Assembly: GCA_041649615.1 (NCBI GenBank) | Contig: JBAZMT010000001.1 | Location: 26,981 to 90,980 of the forward strand | Length of the DNA stretch: 64,000 bases | Direction of reading: 5' to 3' | From: Parcubacteria group bacterium | Lineage (GTDB): Bacteria; Patescibacteriota; Minisyncoccia; UBA6257; Colwellbacteraceae | Part shown: one piece after another, positions 27,913-37,136 of the stretch | Numbering within the stretch: the stretch's first letter is position 1 | Layout of the letters: each line of letters starts with the position of its first letter | The notes under the pieces: model-generated | What the model was told of the DNA's origin: nothing | Databases searched by the model: none | The model's input: only the letters and a program-made list of their open reading frames with translations | Made by a program: the position numbers and the translations under genes

Positions 27913-29115
27913 ATGGCGGATAAAAAGAAAATTTTGAAAATAGGAATTTTGGTTTTGGCGGGCACGGTTATAGCGGGAGTGTTTCTTTACGGAGGATACA
28001 GATGGGGATACAGCCAAACCAAACTTATCAAGATAGAAGGAGTCGCGGACATTAATCCGGGAAGCGACGTTACCGCCGATTTCAGCGTATTCTGGCAGGC
28101 TTGGAGTAAAATAAAGGAAAATTATCTGCGCGCGGGAAGTCTCTCGGAAAAAGACATGGTTTACGGGGCGATAAAAGGACTCGCCGAAAACATTGGCGAT
28201 CCTTATACGACTTTCTTTTCGCCCGAAGACGCTCAAAAGTTTGAAGAAGATATCAGCGGAGAGTTCGGCGGAATAGGAGCCGAACTTGAAGAAAAAGACG
28301 GACAAATATTGGTGCTTGCGCCTTTAAAAGACACGCCGGCGGAGCGCGCGGGACTCAAGCCCAAAGACGTAATCGTTAAAGCGGGAGATATGGAACTTTT
28401 CGGCAAAACGGTTCAGGACGCGGTAAAAGTAATCCGCGGAACTCCCGGAAGCAAAATAAAGCTCGTAGTTTCGCGTGAAGGAACTTCAGGAGCGATGGAG
28501 TTTGAAATTACGCGCGAGATTATTACTTTGCCGGTGGTTGAATGGGAGTGGAAAGACAATAAGGTGGCTTATATCCGACTTGACAGTTTCAGCCAGACGG
28601 CGCCTTACGCGTTTTACAGCGCCGTCCGAGAAATAGCGGCGGGAGATCCGCGGGCGATAATACTGGATTTGAGAAATAATCCGGGAGGATATTTGGAAGT
28701 GGCGGTAAATCTCGCCGGATGGTTCGTGAATAAGGGAGAAGTGGTCGTTAAAGAAAGATATTCTTCCGGAGAAGAAACGGCATTTCGTTCTTATGGCAGT
28801 TCGGCTCTTAAAAAAATACCGACCGTTGTTCTTGTAAACAGTGGGACGGCTTCCGCCGCCGAAATTATGGCGGGAGCGATGAGGGACATTAACGGAACGA
28901 AGCTCGTGGGCGAACGCACCTTTGGGAAAGGAACGGTGCAGACTTTGGATGAACTCAAGGATGGGTCAATGCTTAAAATGACCGTGGCAAATTGGGTAAC
29001 GCCCGGAGGACATATAATTGAAGATTCGGGACTTGTGCCGGACGTGAACGTGGAACTTCCGGAGAAAGGAGACGAAGATACGCAGTTAAATAAAGCCCTG
29101 GAGTTATTACGATAG
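27913..29115 (+). CDS. ctpA: carboxyl-terminal processing protease (S41 family, PDZ-containing)
   Basis: N-terminal TM, PDZ domain, S41 catalytic region (NPGGYLEVA... VLVNSGTASAAEI with Ser/Lys dyad context). Confidence 0.85.
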   Translation: MADKKKILKIGILVLAGTVIAGVFLYGGYRWGYSQTKLIKIEGVADINPGSDVTADFSVFWQAWSKIKENYLRAGSLSEKDMVYGAIKGLAENIGDPYTTFFSPEDAQKFEEDISGEFGGIGAELEEKDGQILVLAPLKDTPAERAGLKPKDVIVKAGDMELFGKTVQDAVKVIRGTPGSKIKLVVSREGTSGAMEFEITREIITLPVVEWEWKDNKVAYIRLDSFSQTAPYAFYSAVREIAAGDPRAIILDLRNNPGGYLEVAVNLAGWFVNKGEVVVKERYSSGEETAFRSYGSSALKKIPTVVLVNSGTASAAEIMAGAMRDINGTKLVGERTFGKGTVQTLDELKDGSMLKMTVANWVTPGGHIIEDSGLVPDVNVELPEKGDEDTQLNKALELLR

Positions 29116-29122
29116 TACTTAG

Positions 29123-29542
29123 ATGAGGGTTATTTTTCTTAAAGATATAAAAAATGTGGGGAGAGTGGGGGATATAAAGGAAGTGACGGACGGGTATGCT
29201 AAGAATTTCTTGCTGCCTAAACGGTTTGCTAAGTTGGCGACTAAGGAAAGCTTAGGCGAGATGAATCAAAAAACGGCAGCGGAGGAAAAAACGGCCGCTG
29301 ATTTCAGGAAAAAAATAGAAGTGATAAAAAACACTCCCTTAACGTTCCACTTAAAAACGGGGGAGAAGGGAGAGGTTTACAATTCGGTAACGGAGACAGA
29401 GATAGAAAAAGAATTAAAGAAAAAGAATTTCGGCAAAGTGAAAGTGCACTTGGAAAAGCCGATAAGGACGTTTGGAGAATACGAAGTAGAAATAGGCATC
29501 GGTCACGGAACAACGGGAATAATAAGAATCACCGTGGAATAA
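29123..29542 (+). CDS. rplI: 50S ribosomal protein L9
   Basis: MRVIFLKDIKNVGRVGDIKEVTDGYAKNFLLPKRFA is the classic L9 N-domain. Confidence 0.9.
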   Translation: MRVIFLKDIKNVGRVGDIKEVTDGYAKNFLLPKRFAKLATKESLGEMNQKTAAEEKTAADFRKKIEVIKNTPLTFHLKTGEKGEVYNSVTETEIEKELKKKNFGKVKVHLEKPIRTFGEYEVEIGIGHGTTGIIRITVE

Positions 29543-29562
29543 AAAAACGCCTCTCGGCGTCT
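29540..29562. terminator. bidirectional terminator between rplI and rpmA
   Basis: acgcctctcggcgt hairpin preceded by an A-run; on the minus strand it is followed by a T-run. Confidence 0.5.
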
Positions 29563-29846
29563 TAAGCGGCGGCCGAAGAAATACTTACCACTTTTGATCT
29601 CCTAATTCTCGTGTTATAGCAAACTTTTCTTATGTCTTTAAAATTGACGATACCCGGTTTCATCGCAAAAAGAGTGTCGTCTTTTCCTCGTCCGACATTA
29701 ATTCCCGGAATGTATTTGGTGCCGCGCTGACGCAAAATAACTTCGCCGGCGGCAACAAACTGTCCATTATTTCTTTTTATCCCTAGTCTCTTAGAGCGAG
29801 AATCGCGTCCGTTTTTTGTAGAGCCTAGGGCCTTTGTATGGGCCAT
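29562..29846 (-). CDS. rpmA: 50S ribosomal protein L27
   Basis: [25 protein letters not shown]...[20 protein letters not shown] is the L27 signature. Confidence 0.9.
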   Translation of the reverse strand: MAHTKALGSTKNGRDSRSKRLGIKRNNGQFVAAGEVILRQRGTKYIPGINVGRGKDDTLFAMKPGIVNFKDIRKVCYNTRIRRSKVVSISSAAA

Positions 29847-30163
29847 ATGACTTAGACCAAATGCTATTATAAAAAGACCAATATGTCAAAGTTTTCCGAC
29901 AAAGGGGCGAGCGAAATTCCTCAATTTTCACTCGTTTTTTTGTGGCATAAAACTCCTTTTAAGCAGAAAATTGCGTTCGTTGTCATTTCAGTATTTGCTT
30001 TAACGCTCGCTTTTGGATTGGGCCTTATAGCGCAAGGGAAGCAGGATAGAGCGCCGATAATAATTGAGCAGTGCGTGGATTGACACAACACGCGTAAACT
30101 TATAGTTTGCAGATAGACGTTTAATAACGGGCTTCACCCGAAAATAAAGAGGAGTTGTTTTAG

Positions 30164-31066
30164 ATGAGTGAAAAGACTTCCGTGTTTGCACCGGTGCCAA
30201 TAGTAGCGGCGATGAAAAAGGTGCTACAGGTGTTAAAACTTTCCGAAGGTGCCGAAGCATGGGATCAAGTGCGGGCAACCGAACTGCAGCGCTCTTTCTT
30301 CCACGATTACTACGCGCTCCGAGGGAAAAACCCACTTGAGTGCTTTTCAAAAGACGAGCTCAAGAGTTACGCCTCCGCTTCCGCCGAGACGCTCAACAAG
30401 ATTCTCGAGAGAAACGGATTTCCCGACATGCGGCTCGCTGACCTGAATAGATGGGAATTCGGAACGGCCGCGATTCTCGACGTTATGCTTTCGTGGCGGA
30501 AGAAGGGCATAAAAACGAACCTGAAATACGAAGGAAAAAATTATCCGGCTGTCGAAATGGCAGGCGGGCTGGATGCCGGGTTTGAAATCGTAAGATACAA
30601 AGGAAACGACGTCGCGGCGATTAAGACGAAGAACGGGGACGTTGTCTATATGACGATTGCCGACAAAGCTTACGAGGGTTTCGCGCTCGCGAATCGAATC
30701 AATGCCATTGCGGACACGACCCCGAAAAATTCGGAAGAGAAAGTTGACAGCCTCTATTTTCCCATGATTGACGCGAAAGTCGACTCGGATATTTCGTGGC
30801 TTTGCGGCTTGCGGATAAAGCGGACGGATTTCTATATCGCGCAAGCTTTGGAACAGACCAAAATAAGAATGGATGAAACAGGCGTCCGGGTCACAAGCGC
30901 CGTATCGCTCGGCATGCAAATTACGGCTTACGCGCGAATCGTCCGCATTGATAAGCCGTTTTTCATGTGGATCGAGAGAACGGACAAGGAAGGAGGAAAA
31001 CTCCGGTATTTCTACGGATACTTCGCGGAAGATTCGTGGAAGGCTCCGGAAGGACTCACAAGATAA
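30164..31066 (+). CDS. short serpin-like (SERPIN superfamily) protein
   Basis: N-terminal SVFAPVPIVAAMKKVLQVLKLSEGAEAWDQV resembles the serpin NxFFSPxSIxxALAMxxLGA block. C-terminal IRMDETGVRVTSAVSL...IDKPFFMWIERTDKEGGKLRYFYGYF resembles the hinge/RCL and DRPFLFxI...LFxGRV blocks. Only 300 aa. Confidence 0.45.
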   Translation: MSEKTSVFAPVPIVAAMKKVLQVLKLSEGAEAWDQVRATELQRSFFHDYYALRGKNPLECFSKDELKSYASASAETLNKILERNGFPDMRLADLNRWEFGTAAILDVMLSWRKKGIKTNLKYEGKNYPAVEMAGGLDAGFEIVRYKGNDVAAIKTKNGDVVYMTIADKAYEGFALANRINAIADTTPKNSEEKVDSLYFPMIDAKVDSDISWLCGLRIKRTDFYIAQALEQTKIRMDETGVRVTSAVSLGMQITAYARIVRIDKPFFMWIERTDKEGGKLRYFYGYFAEDSWKAPEGLTR

Positions 31067-31072
31067 GACTAC

Positions 31073-31101
31073 AGCGAGGCTTTAAAGCCTCGCTTTTTTA
31101 T
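31073..31101. terminator. bidirectional rho-independent terminator
   Basis: agcgaggctttaaagcctcgct hairpin + ttttttatt, between convergent genes. Confidence 0.65.
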
Positions 31102-31859
31102 TTGTAGCCGATTTGTTTTAGCCAGGGTAAGTGTTCCCATTCCCAAAGCTTTTTAGCTCCCAAGAAGGCTTCGTAATCTTCGGCGAAATCGGGAAATTCC
31201 TGAATTTCTATTTCGCCTTTAACGGCGCTCCATTCATGTTCGCAGTTTTTGGCAAAACCGTTTCGCCAAGGAAGCTTTATTTTTTCGTTTCCGCCTTTCG
31301 TTCTTTTTATCGCTCCGCATTTGCGGCAAGACTGGTTTTGATCCACGCGCAGAATCCAGCGAGTTGAAATTTCGGGAATTTCATAACGGAGAGGCTCCAT
31401 ATAAGCCGAAGTTTGGAGACAATAATCGCGATATATGGCTTGCGAAGTTTTAATGTCCAGTACGCCGACTTTGCCGCCGATTTCAACAATCGCATCGGCG
31501 GTGCCGGAATATCTTTCGTCAAAATTGATAATTCTTTTTTCAACGTGTTCGCGACAAGTGGAAATCTTTAACCCTTCATTTATTTTTATAAAAGCTTCCG
31601 CCGCTCCGCGAATATCATCCGTAAGGGTAGGGGAATCACCAACCATGATCGCTTGGATAATTTCATGAATTGCCGTTCCTTCGTCGGCTGATTTTTGTTT
31701 GATCGCTTCTCCCATCGCATAACTCGGGAGAGAAGCATAGTACCGATATAAGGCAGGTTTGGCTTTGATATTTACGATACTCGTAACTCGGGGATACCAA
31801 ATGTCACCTATCACATAACCGGCTCCGGCTTTAAAGTCTTCCAGATTTTTATATTCCAT
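31098..31859 (-). CDS. Cas4-like / RecB-family PD-(D/E)XK nuclease with 4-Cys cluster (stand-alone)
   Basis: D...E-x-K core (SGTADAIVEI...VLDIKTS); one N-terminal Cys (STCREH) plus C-terminal CRKC...C. QxxxY-like YRDYCLQTSAY. 253 aa. No cas genes nearby. Confidence 0.55.
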   Translation of the reverse strand: MEYKNLEDFKAGAGYVIGDIWYPRVTSIVNIKAKPALYRYYASLPSYAMGEAIKQKSADEGTAIHEIIQAIMVGDSPTLTDDIRGAAEAFIKINEGLKISTCREHVEKRIINFDERYSGTADAIVEIGGKVGVLDIKTSQAIYRDYCLQTSAYMEPLRYEIPEISTRWILRVDQNQSCRKCGAIKRTKGGNEKIKLPWRNGFAKNCEHEWSAVKGEIEIQEFPDFAEDYEAFLGAKKLWEWEHLPWLKQIGYK

Positions 31860-31960
31860 GGGCAGAAGGAATTATAAACCAAAAGCCGTAATGTGGATAA
31901 CTCGTTTGTCCCAGGATATATATATATAATTAATGAGTTATAATTAGAAAAAATAACAAC

Positions 31961-32581
31961 ATGATATTTGCAATGCACAGTGGTTCCAGTGGCAGGTCTC
32001 TTAAGGGCTTCACGCTTATAGAGCTTCTTATAGTCATCGCCATCCTCGCGGTTCTTGCCGCCGCCGTGGTGGTTGTGTTGAATCCGGCTGAACTTCTCGC
32101 TCGGGCGAGAGACACGCAGAGGTTAAACGATTTGGATACGGTAAGGAACGCGCTCAATATTTATATAACTACGGTTTCTCCGATAGATTTAGGAGACTGT
32201 GTCGCTGCCGGAAGGGCAACCTTTCAGCCAGGCGCCACTATGGGACCGTTTGCGAATCACGTGGGTAGCGTAACGGTACCTGCAGCAGCGGATATGCAAA
32301 AAGTGAATAATGCTGGCTGGGTAAACGTTAATTTTACCCAGATTCCCGGAGGAGCGCCTCTCCCGTATCTTCCGATTGATCCTACAAACGATGCTAATTA
32401 CTTTTATGCCTACGCTTGCAGTGAATCGCCAAATTACATTTATGAATTAGCCGGAAGATTGGAGTCTCAAACGCATCGGGATAAAATGAAAATCGATGGG
32501 GGAAGTAATAGTACATGCGCCACTTATATTGAAAAGACGTGTTTTTATGAGTTAGGTACCGCTCCGGGATTGTCGCTATAA
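31961..32581 (+). CDS. type IV pilin-like protein (prepilin N-terminal methylation domain)
   Basis: GFTLIELLIVIAILAVLAA prepilin cleavage/methylation motif near the N-terminus. Confidence 0.75.
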   Translation: MIFAMHSGSSGRSLKGFTLIELLIVIAILAVLAAAVVVVLNPAELLARARDTQRLNDLDTVRNALNIYITTVSPIDLGDCVAAGRATFQPGATMGPFANHVGSVTVPAAADMQKVNNAGWVNVNFTQIPGGAPLPYLPIDPTNDANYFYAYACSESPNYIYELAGRLESQTHRDKMKIDGGSNSTCATYIEKTCFYELGTAPGLSL

Positions 32582-32653
32582 GCTATTAAGCTGTAAGGAG
32601 ATTTTTAATTTTCAATTTCTAATTTCCGAAAGACTTCAATTTCCCTCCCTATC

Positions 32654-34066
32654 CTAACGGGATAGAAGAAGGGGAGTAATATCCGAGATGTTTCCGGCGC
32701 CCATTAGGACGAGGATATCGCCCTTTTTTAAGGAGAGCTTAGCTATGCTTGGTTTAATATTTTTAACATTCTTAATATAAGTTGCTTTTGAAACCTGGAT
32801 TCCCGCCTTCGTGGGAATGACGGAAGATGGGAGATTATTAATATCGCGCGCGAGGGATTTGGAGTTTTTGGTTTTGGATAATTCATCTCTTCCTTTGGGA
32901 TTATAGGCATCAAGAAGAAGAACGTAATCGGCGTCGTTCCAAGAGGAAACGAAATCTTTATACAAAGCGGTGAGCCTTCGTTGTTGATGAGGCTCAAAAC
33001 AGACGGCGATACTCTGGCTTGGAAATTTTTCGCGGAGCGCTTGCAAGGTCGCTTTTATTTCCGTTGGATGATGAGCGTAATCGTCATAAACTTTAACGCC
33101 GTTTTTCGTAACGCCTTTATACTCAATTCGACGCCAAACCCCTTTGAATTCCGATAAGGCGCTTAAAATTGTTTTCTCGTTTATTCCTAACTTCTCTCCA
33201 AGTTTATATGCGGCAAGAGCGTTCATTATATTGTGTGTTCCCGGAATTTTGATAACGCGTTTTATTTTTTGAATTTCGGATTTGTTTTTTTCTGAAAAAT
33301 TAATTATGTTCCCCCATCCTTTTAAGCGGGGGATTAGAGATGCCGAATTTTTGTTGTCGCCGTTCAGGATTATATCTCCTTTTTTCGGAACGGATTTGAG
33401 AAACTTCAAAAACGAATTCTTGACGGCCTTCAAATCTTCATAAAAATCAACGTGCTCCAGATCAATGTTCGTGACAATCGCGGCGTACGGCCTGTAATGC
33501 CAAAAGGCGCCTTTATATTCGTCGGCTTCAATCACGAGCCAGTCACTTTTACCGTGTCGCATATTCCAACCGTTCAATTTGGTTCCAATAATGACCGTAG
33601 GGTCCATTTTAGCCTTAATAAGGATCGTTGAGACCATTGCGGTCGTAGTGCTCTTGCCGTGACTGCCGGCGATGGCGATTGTCTTATACTTCTTTGTTAA
33701 TTCTCCCAGAGCTTCGGGATAGGTCTCTCGCTTAATATCCAAATTATCCGCCTTCTGTAATTCGGAGTTATCTAAGGGTATAGCGGCTGAATAGATAACT
33801 AAATCAGCCTTTTCGGGCAAATTTACCGATTTGTGCCCAATTTTGACCTTTATCCCGTCTTTCTTTAATTCCCTGGTAATTTGACTTTCTACGGCATCAG
33901 AACCTGTTACGAGCCAATTTTCGGCCAAAAACCAACGAGCTAAGGAGCTCATTCCAATGCCGCCTATACCGATGAAATGAACCACTTTTCTGTTGGCCTG
34001 ATAGGGGAGACTGACGCCTGAGCGAACTTTAGGTTTTACAAATTTAGACATATTCGGATACAACAT
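32654..34066 (-). CDS. murC: UDP-N-acetylmuramate--L-alanine ligase
   Basis: VHFIGIGGIGMSSLARWF Rossmann N-terminus, Mur ligase P-loop GSHGKSTTTAM, C-terminal KKGDILVLMGAGNI. True start may be the Met at 34051. Contains an in-frame copy of the palindromic repeat (residues SVIPTKAGIQ). Confidence 0.85.
   Translation of the reverse strand: MLYPNMSKFVKPKVRSGVSLPYQANRKVVHFIGIGGIGMSSLARWFLAENWLVTGSDAVESQITRELKKDGIKVKIGHKSVNLPEKADLVIYSAAIPLDNSELQKADNLDIKRETYPEALGELTKKYKTIAIAGSHGKSTTTAMVSTILIKAKMDPTVIIGTKLNGWNMRHGKSDWLVIEADEYKGAFWHYRPYAAIVTNIDLEHVDFYEDLKAVKNSFLKFLKSVPKKGDIILNGDNKNSASLIPRLKGWGNIINFSEKNKSEIQKIKRVIKIPGTHNIMNALAAYKLGEKLGINEKTILSALSEFKGVWRRIEYKGVTKNGVKVYDDYAHHPTEIKATLQALREKFPSQSIAVCFEPHQQRRLTALYKDFVSSWNDADYVLLLDAYNPKGRDELSKTKNSKSLARDINNLPSSVIPTKAGIQVSKATYIKNVKNIKPSIAKLSLKKGDILVLMGAGNISDITPLLLSR
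32797..32823. repeat. palindromic repeat element copy A (GGATTCCCGCcttcGTGGGAATGACGG), inside murC coding sequence
   Basis: 8-bp inverted repeat ATTCCCGC/GTGGGAAT with 4-nt loop. Shares flanks aacCTGG...GAATGACrGAA with the other copies. Translated in-frame as SVIPTKAGIQ within murC. Confidence 0.8.
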
Positions 34067-34068
34067 AC

Positions 34069-34096
34069 CGGATTCCCGGCGTACCGGGAATGACAG
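34069..34096. repeat. palindromic repeat element copy B (CGGATTCCCGGcgtaCCGGGAATGACAGAA)
   Basis: Perfect 8-bp stem ATTCCCGG/CCGGGAAT, loop CGTA. Lies 3 bp upstream of the annotated murC start. Confidence 0.8.
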
Positions 34097-34526
34097 AAAA
34101 AAAGAGAGGTAGAAGGAATTAAATATAGATATATACTAGCGGGATCAAAAATTAAAATTCAAAGAAGGGAAGGGATATCAAATAATATGTGTGTCGCAAA
34201 AGGTGCATTATGCGACATATGATTAAGATGCGCAAGCCTACTCCCCCTACATCTCCTCCTACATATTACCCATAACCTCCCTTGCCAATTTAGCGAGAGC
34301 ATCAAAAAGCAAACTTAAGACATTCAATAAAGCCTTCGCGGCCGGCAAAATGTATTGCCATGAATTCTTTAAAGCCTCAAGCACTTTTTGAAATTCCGGA
34401 GCTGAGTCCATGACTCTTATTATAGCTCAAACATGAAGAGACGTTAAAAGCGTTAAACGCCGAAATGTGAAAACGGTGAAGACGGATATGAAAACATCAC
34501 GCTTGGCTCCAGACTGTGCGGACGGG

Positions 34527-35741
34527 CTAAAAATAATTGTTCGGGTCCATGGTGGTACCGACAGGGACAACTCCGGCACCCGCGAAACCTTTAAGCTCCA
34601 TCGTTTGGTAAACTCCGAAGTGTAAGTGAGGACCGGTAGCGTAACCGGTGTTTCCCGAATAGCCGATTATCTCTCCTTGCGTGACAGACTGGCCCACGGA
34701 AACCGATTGTTGCGACAGGTGGGCGTAAAGGGTAAAGAAATTGTCATCATGCTTTATGACGATGTATTTGCCGTATTGATAATTACCATTATTGCCAACG
34801 GCTAATATTCTTCCCGAGGCCGCGGCGATGATGGGCGTGCCGATAGGCATTCCATAATCGTTTCCGTTGTGAAAGCCGGTCTTATAAGCCGTTTTGGCGA
34901 AATCCGTGGCGCCGTACCGCTGGGTCATAATCCGTGAGCCGGTGAAAGGATTTTTAAGGTATCCCCTGCCCGGCGCCAAGGCGGCGTTGAAGTTCTTTCT
35001 AAGAACCGCTTCCAATCCTTCAATTTCCTCATTGATACTTTCTTGTTTCTTTTCCAGTTCGGAAAGCTGGCGTTGAAAAGCCGATTCCTGATTCTTCGTT
35101 TCTTTGAGAAGAGTTTCTTTATACGATTTCTGGTCTTGCACTATCACTTTGCGGTTTTTGAGATTAAGCTGTTCGTTCACCAAACCGGTTTTCTTGGAAT
35201 CAGTATCTTTGATGTTTTCATCAAGAGCGGACGACAAGTTTCTAAGCAAAACGATTTCGTTCCCTAGGGATGCCTGAAGTTCGTCAAGGTTTGAGAGTTC
35301 CGTAACGCTGTCGGCAAGACTCTTACTTGAAAGAAAAGTTTCCAGAACGCCGACTTTTTCACGCTGGTTTATTTCCCTGATGATCGTCGAAATACTCGCT
35401 TTCTTTTCGGATATCATTCTTTCCGTATCGGAGAGCTGAATGCCCAGATTCTCAAGCTCAAGAGTGAGCTTGTCTATATTTATTTCACTCCCTTTGATGT
35501 TCAGTTCAAGATTCTTGATGGTATATTCGGTGCTTTGGATTTCGCGTGAAAGCGATTTGCTCTGGGAACTTACGTTGTCAAGTTTGCCTTGAGTATCGTT
35601 GATCTGGCTTTGAACGTTTTCCAGTTCTTTGCTTTTCGCATCAATGCGCGCTCTTAAGTCGGCTTCGTTTTCCGCGAAAGCCACCGGAACGCTTCCCAGT
35701 AAGAACAATATAAAGACCAGAACGTTAAGAGAACGCTTCAT
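34527..35741 (-). CDS. M23-family peptidase with N-terminal coiled coil (EnvC-like murein hydrolase/activator)
   Basis: Signal peptide, approx. 250 aa coiled coil, C-terminal M23 motifs HNGNDYGMP...HLHFGVY. Confidence 0.8.
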   Translation of the reverse strand: MKRSLNVLVFILFLLGSVPVAFAENEADLRARIDAKSKELENVQSQINDTQGKLDNVSSQSKSLSREIQSTEYTIKNLELNIKGSEINIDKLTLELENLGIQLSDTERMISEKKASISTIIREINQREKVGVLETFLSSKSLADSVTELSNLDELQASLGNEIVLLRNLSSALDENIKDTDSKKTGLVNEQLNLKNRKVIVQDQKSYKETLLKETKNQESAFQRQLSELEKKQESINEEIEGLEAVLRKNFNAALAPGRGYLKNPFTGSRIMTQRYGATDFAKTAYKTGFHNGNDYGMPIGTPIIAAASGRILAVGNNGNYQYGKYIVIKHDDNFFTLYAHLSQQSVSVGQSVTQGEIIGYSGNTGYATGPHLHFGVYQTMELKGFAGAGVVPVGTTMDPNNYF

Positions 35742-35747
35742 GACGTT

Positions 35748-37136
35748 TTATTCGGAAATTTTTTCCAGAGCTTTATTAATTCGGGAAATGCTTTCTTCTT
35801 TACCCAAGCCTTCCATTATTTCAAAAGGTCCCGGAGATTCTTTAGACCCAGAAAGAGCGACTCTTAACGGCCAGAGATACTCCCCTTTCTTTCCTTCGGG
35901 AATTATGGCGAAAATGGATGCTTCCAAATTTTCTTCGGCGAATTTACCGGTTTCCGAAATTACCGAGAGCAATTTTTCCAAATTTTCTTTGATATTCCCC
36001 TTTTCGCCTTTCCAATAAAGTAAGTCGGTCGGATAATCCGGAGATTCAAAGAAAAACCGTACAGCATCTTCTAAGTCAGATAATTTTTCTAGCCGGGTTT
36101 TGACGGCATTCATAATACTCGGAGTAAGCCGCCAGTCTTTGGGGATGAAGTCCTGTCCCCTATTTGTAAGCTCTTCCGCGGGAATAATTTCCGAAATATA
36201 TTTTTTATTCAGCCAATTCAGTTTTTGAAAATCAAAAACCGCTCCCCCTTTTTGAATTCGGGAAAAATCAAATTCTTTAACCAAATCTTCTTTGGAGAAC
36301 ACCTCTCTGTCGTCTTTCGGATGCCACGAAAGAAGCGCCAAAAAATTAATAATCGCTTCGGACAAATATCCCTTGTCAAAAAATTCAACAAGAGCCGTGT
36401 CTCCTCCTCTTTTGGACATCTTGCTTCGATCAGGATTCAAGATAAGCGGCAAATGTCCAAAAACCGGTTCTTTCGCGCCTAAAGCTTCAAAGAGAGCGAT
36501 TTGCTTCGGAGTATTCGCCAAATGATCTTCGCCGCGAATAACGTGAGTGATTTCCATTTCTATGTCATCAACGACGACAGAAAAATTGTAAAGAGGTTCT
36601 TCAAGAGATTTAGCGACAACCACATCGCCGATAAGCGAAGCGTCGTAGCTCACTTCTCCCCGAATCATATCTTTAAAAGATATTTTTTTGTGAGGCATTC
36701 GGAATCGCCAGACGTAAGGTTCACCCGAAGCGATTCTTTTGTCCGATTCTTCTTTGGAAATCACGGCGCACTTACCCGAATAAACGAAAGGTTTCTTTTC
36801 TTTTTCAGCTTTGATTCGCTCCGCGTCAAGTTCACTTTCGGAACAAAAGCAAGGGTAGACTTTATCTTTTTTAATCAGGTTTTCCAGACGCTCTTTGTAA
36901 AGATTCGTTCGTTCGCTTTGTCTGTAAAATTCGTCCCAGTCAAGACCAAGCTTTTTTAAGCCTTCCACGATACTTTCTTCGTATTCTTTTTTGGAACGCT
37001 CCTTGTCCGTGTCTTCAATCCGCAGAATGAATTTGCCGCCGTTTTGACGAGCGAAAAGCCATACAAAAAGACCGGCGCGAGCCGTGCCGATATGCATCAT
37101 TCCCGTGGGAGATGGAGCCAATCTGACTTTAACCAC
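35748..37136 (-). CDS. gltX: glutamate--tRNA ligase
   Basis: PSPTGMMHIGTAR (HIGH), KMSKRGG (KMSKS), class I catalytic core. 462 aa. Confidence 0.9.
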   Translation of the reverse strand: MVKVRLAPSPTGMMHIGTARAGLFVWLFARQNGGKFILRIEDTDKERSKKEYEESIVEGLKKLGLDWDEFYRQSERTNLYKERLENLIKKDKVYPCFCSESELDAERIKAEKEKKPFVYSGKCAVISKEESDKRIASGEPYVWRFRMPHKKISFKDMIRGEVSYDASLIGDVVVAKSLEEPLYNFSVVVDDIEMEITHVIRGEDHLANTPKQIALFEALGAKEPVFGHLPLILNPDRSKMSKRGGDTALVEFFDKGYLSEAIINFLALLSWHPKDDREVFSKEDLVKEFDFSRIQKGGAVFDFQKLNWLNKKYISEIIPAEELTNRGQDFIPKDWRLTPSIMNAVKTRLEKLSDLEDAVRFFFESPDYPTDLLYWKGEKGNIKENLEKLLSVISETGKFAEENLEASIFAIIPEGKKGEYLWPLRVALSGSKESPGPFEIMEGLGKEESISRINKALEKISE

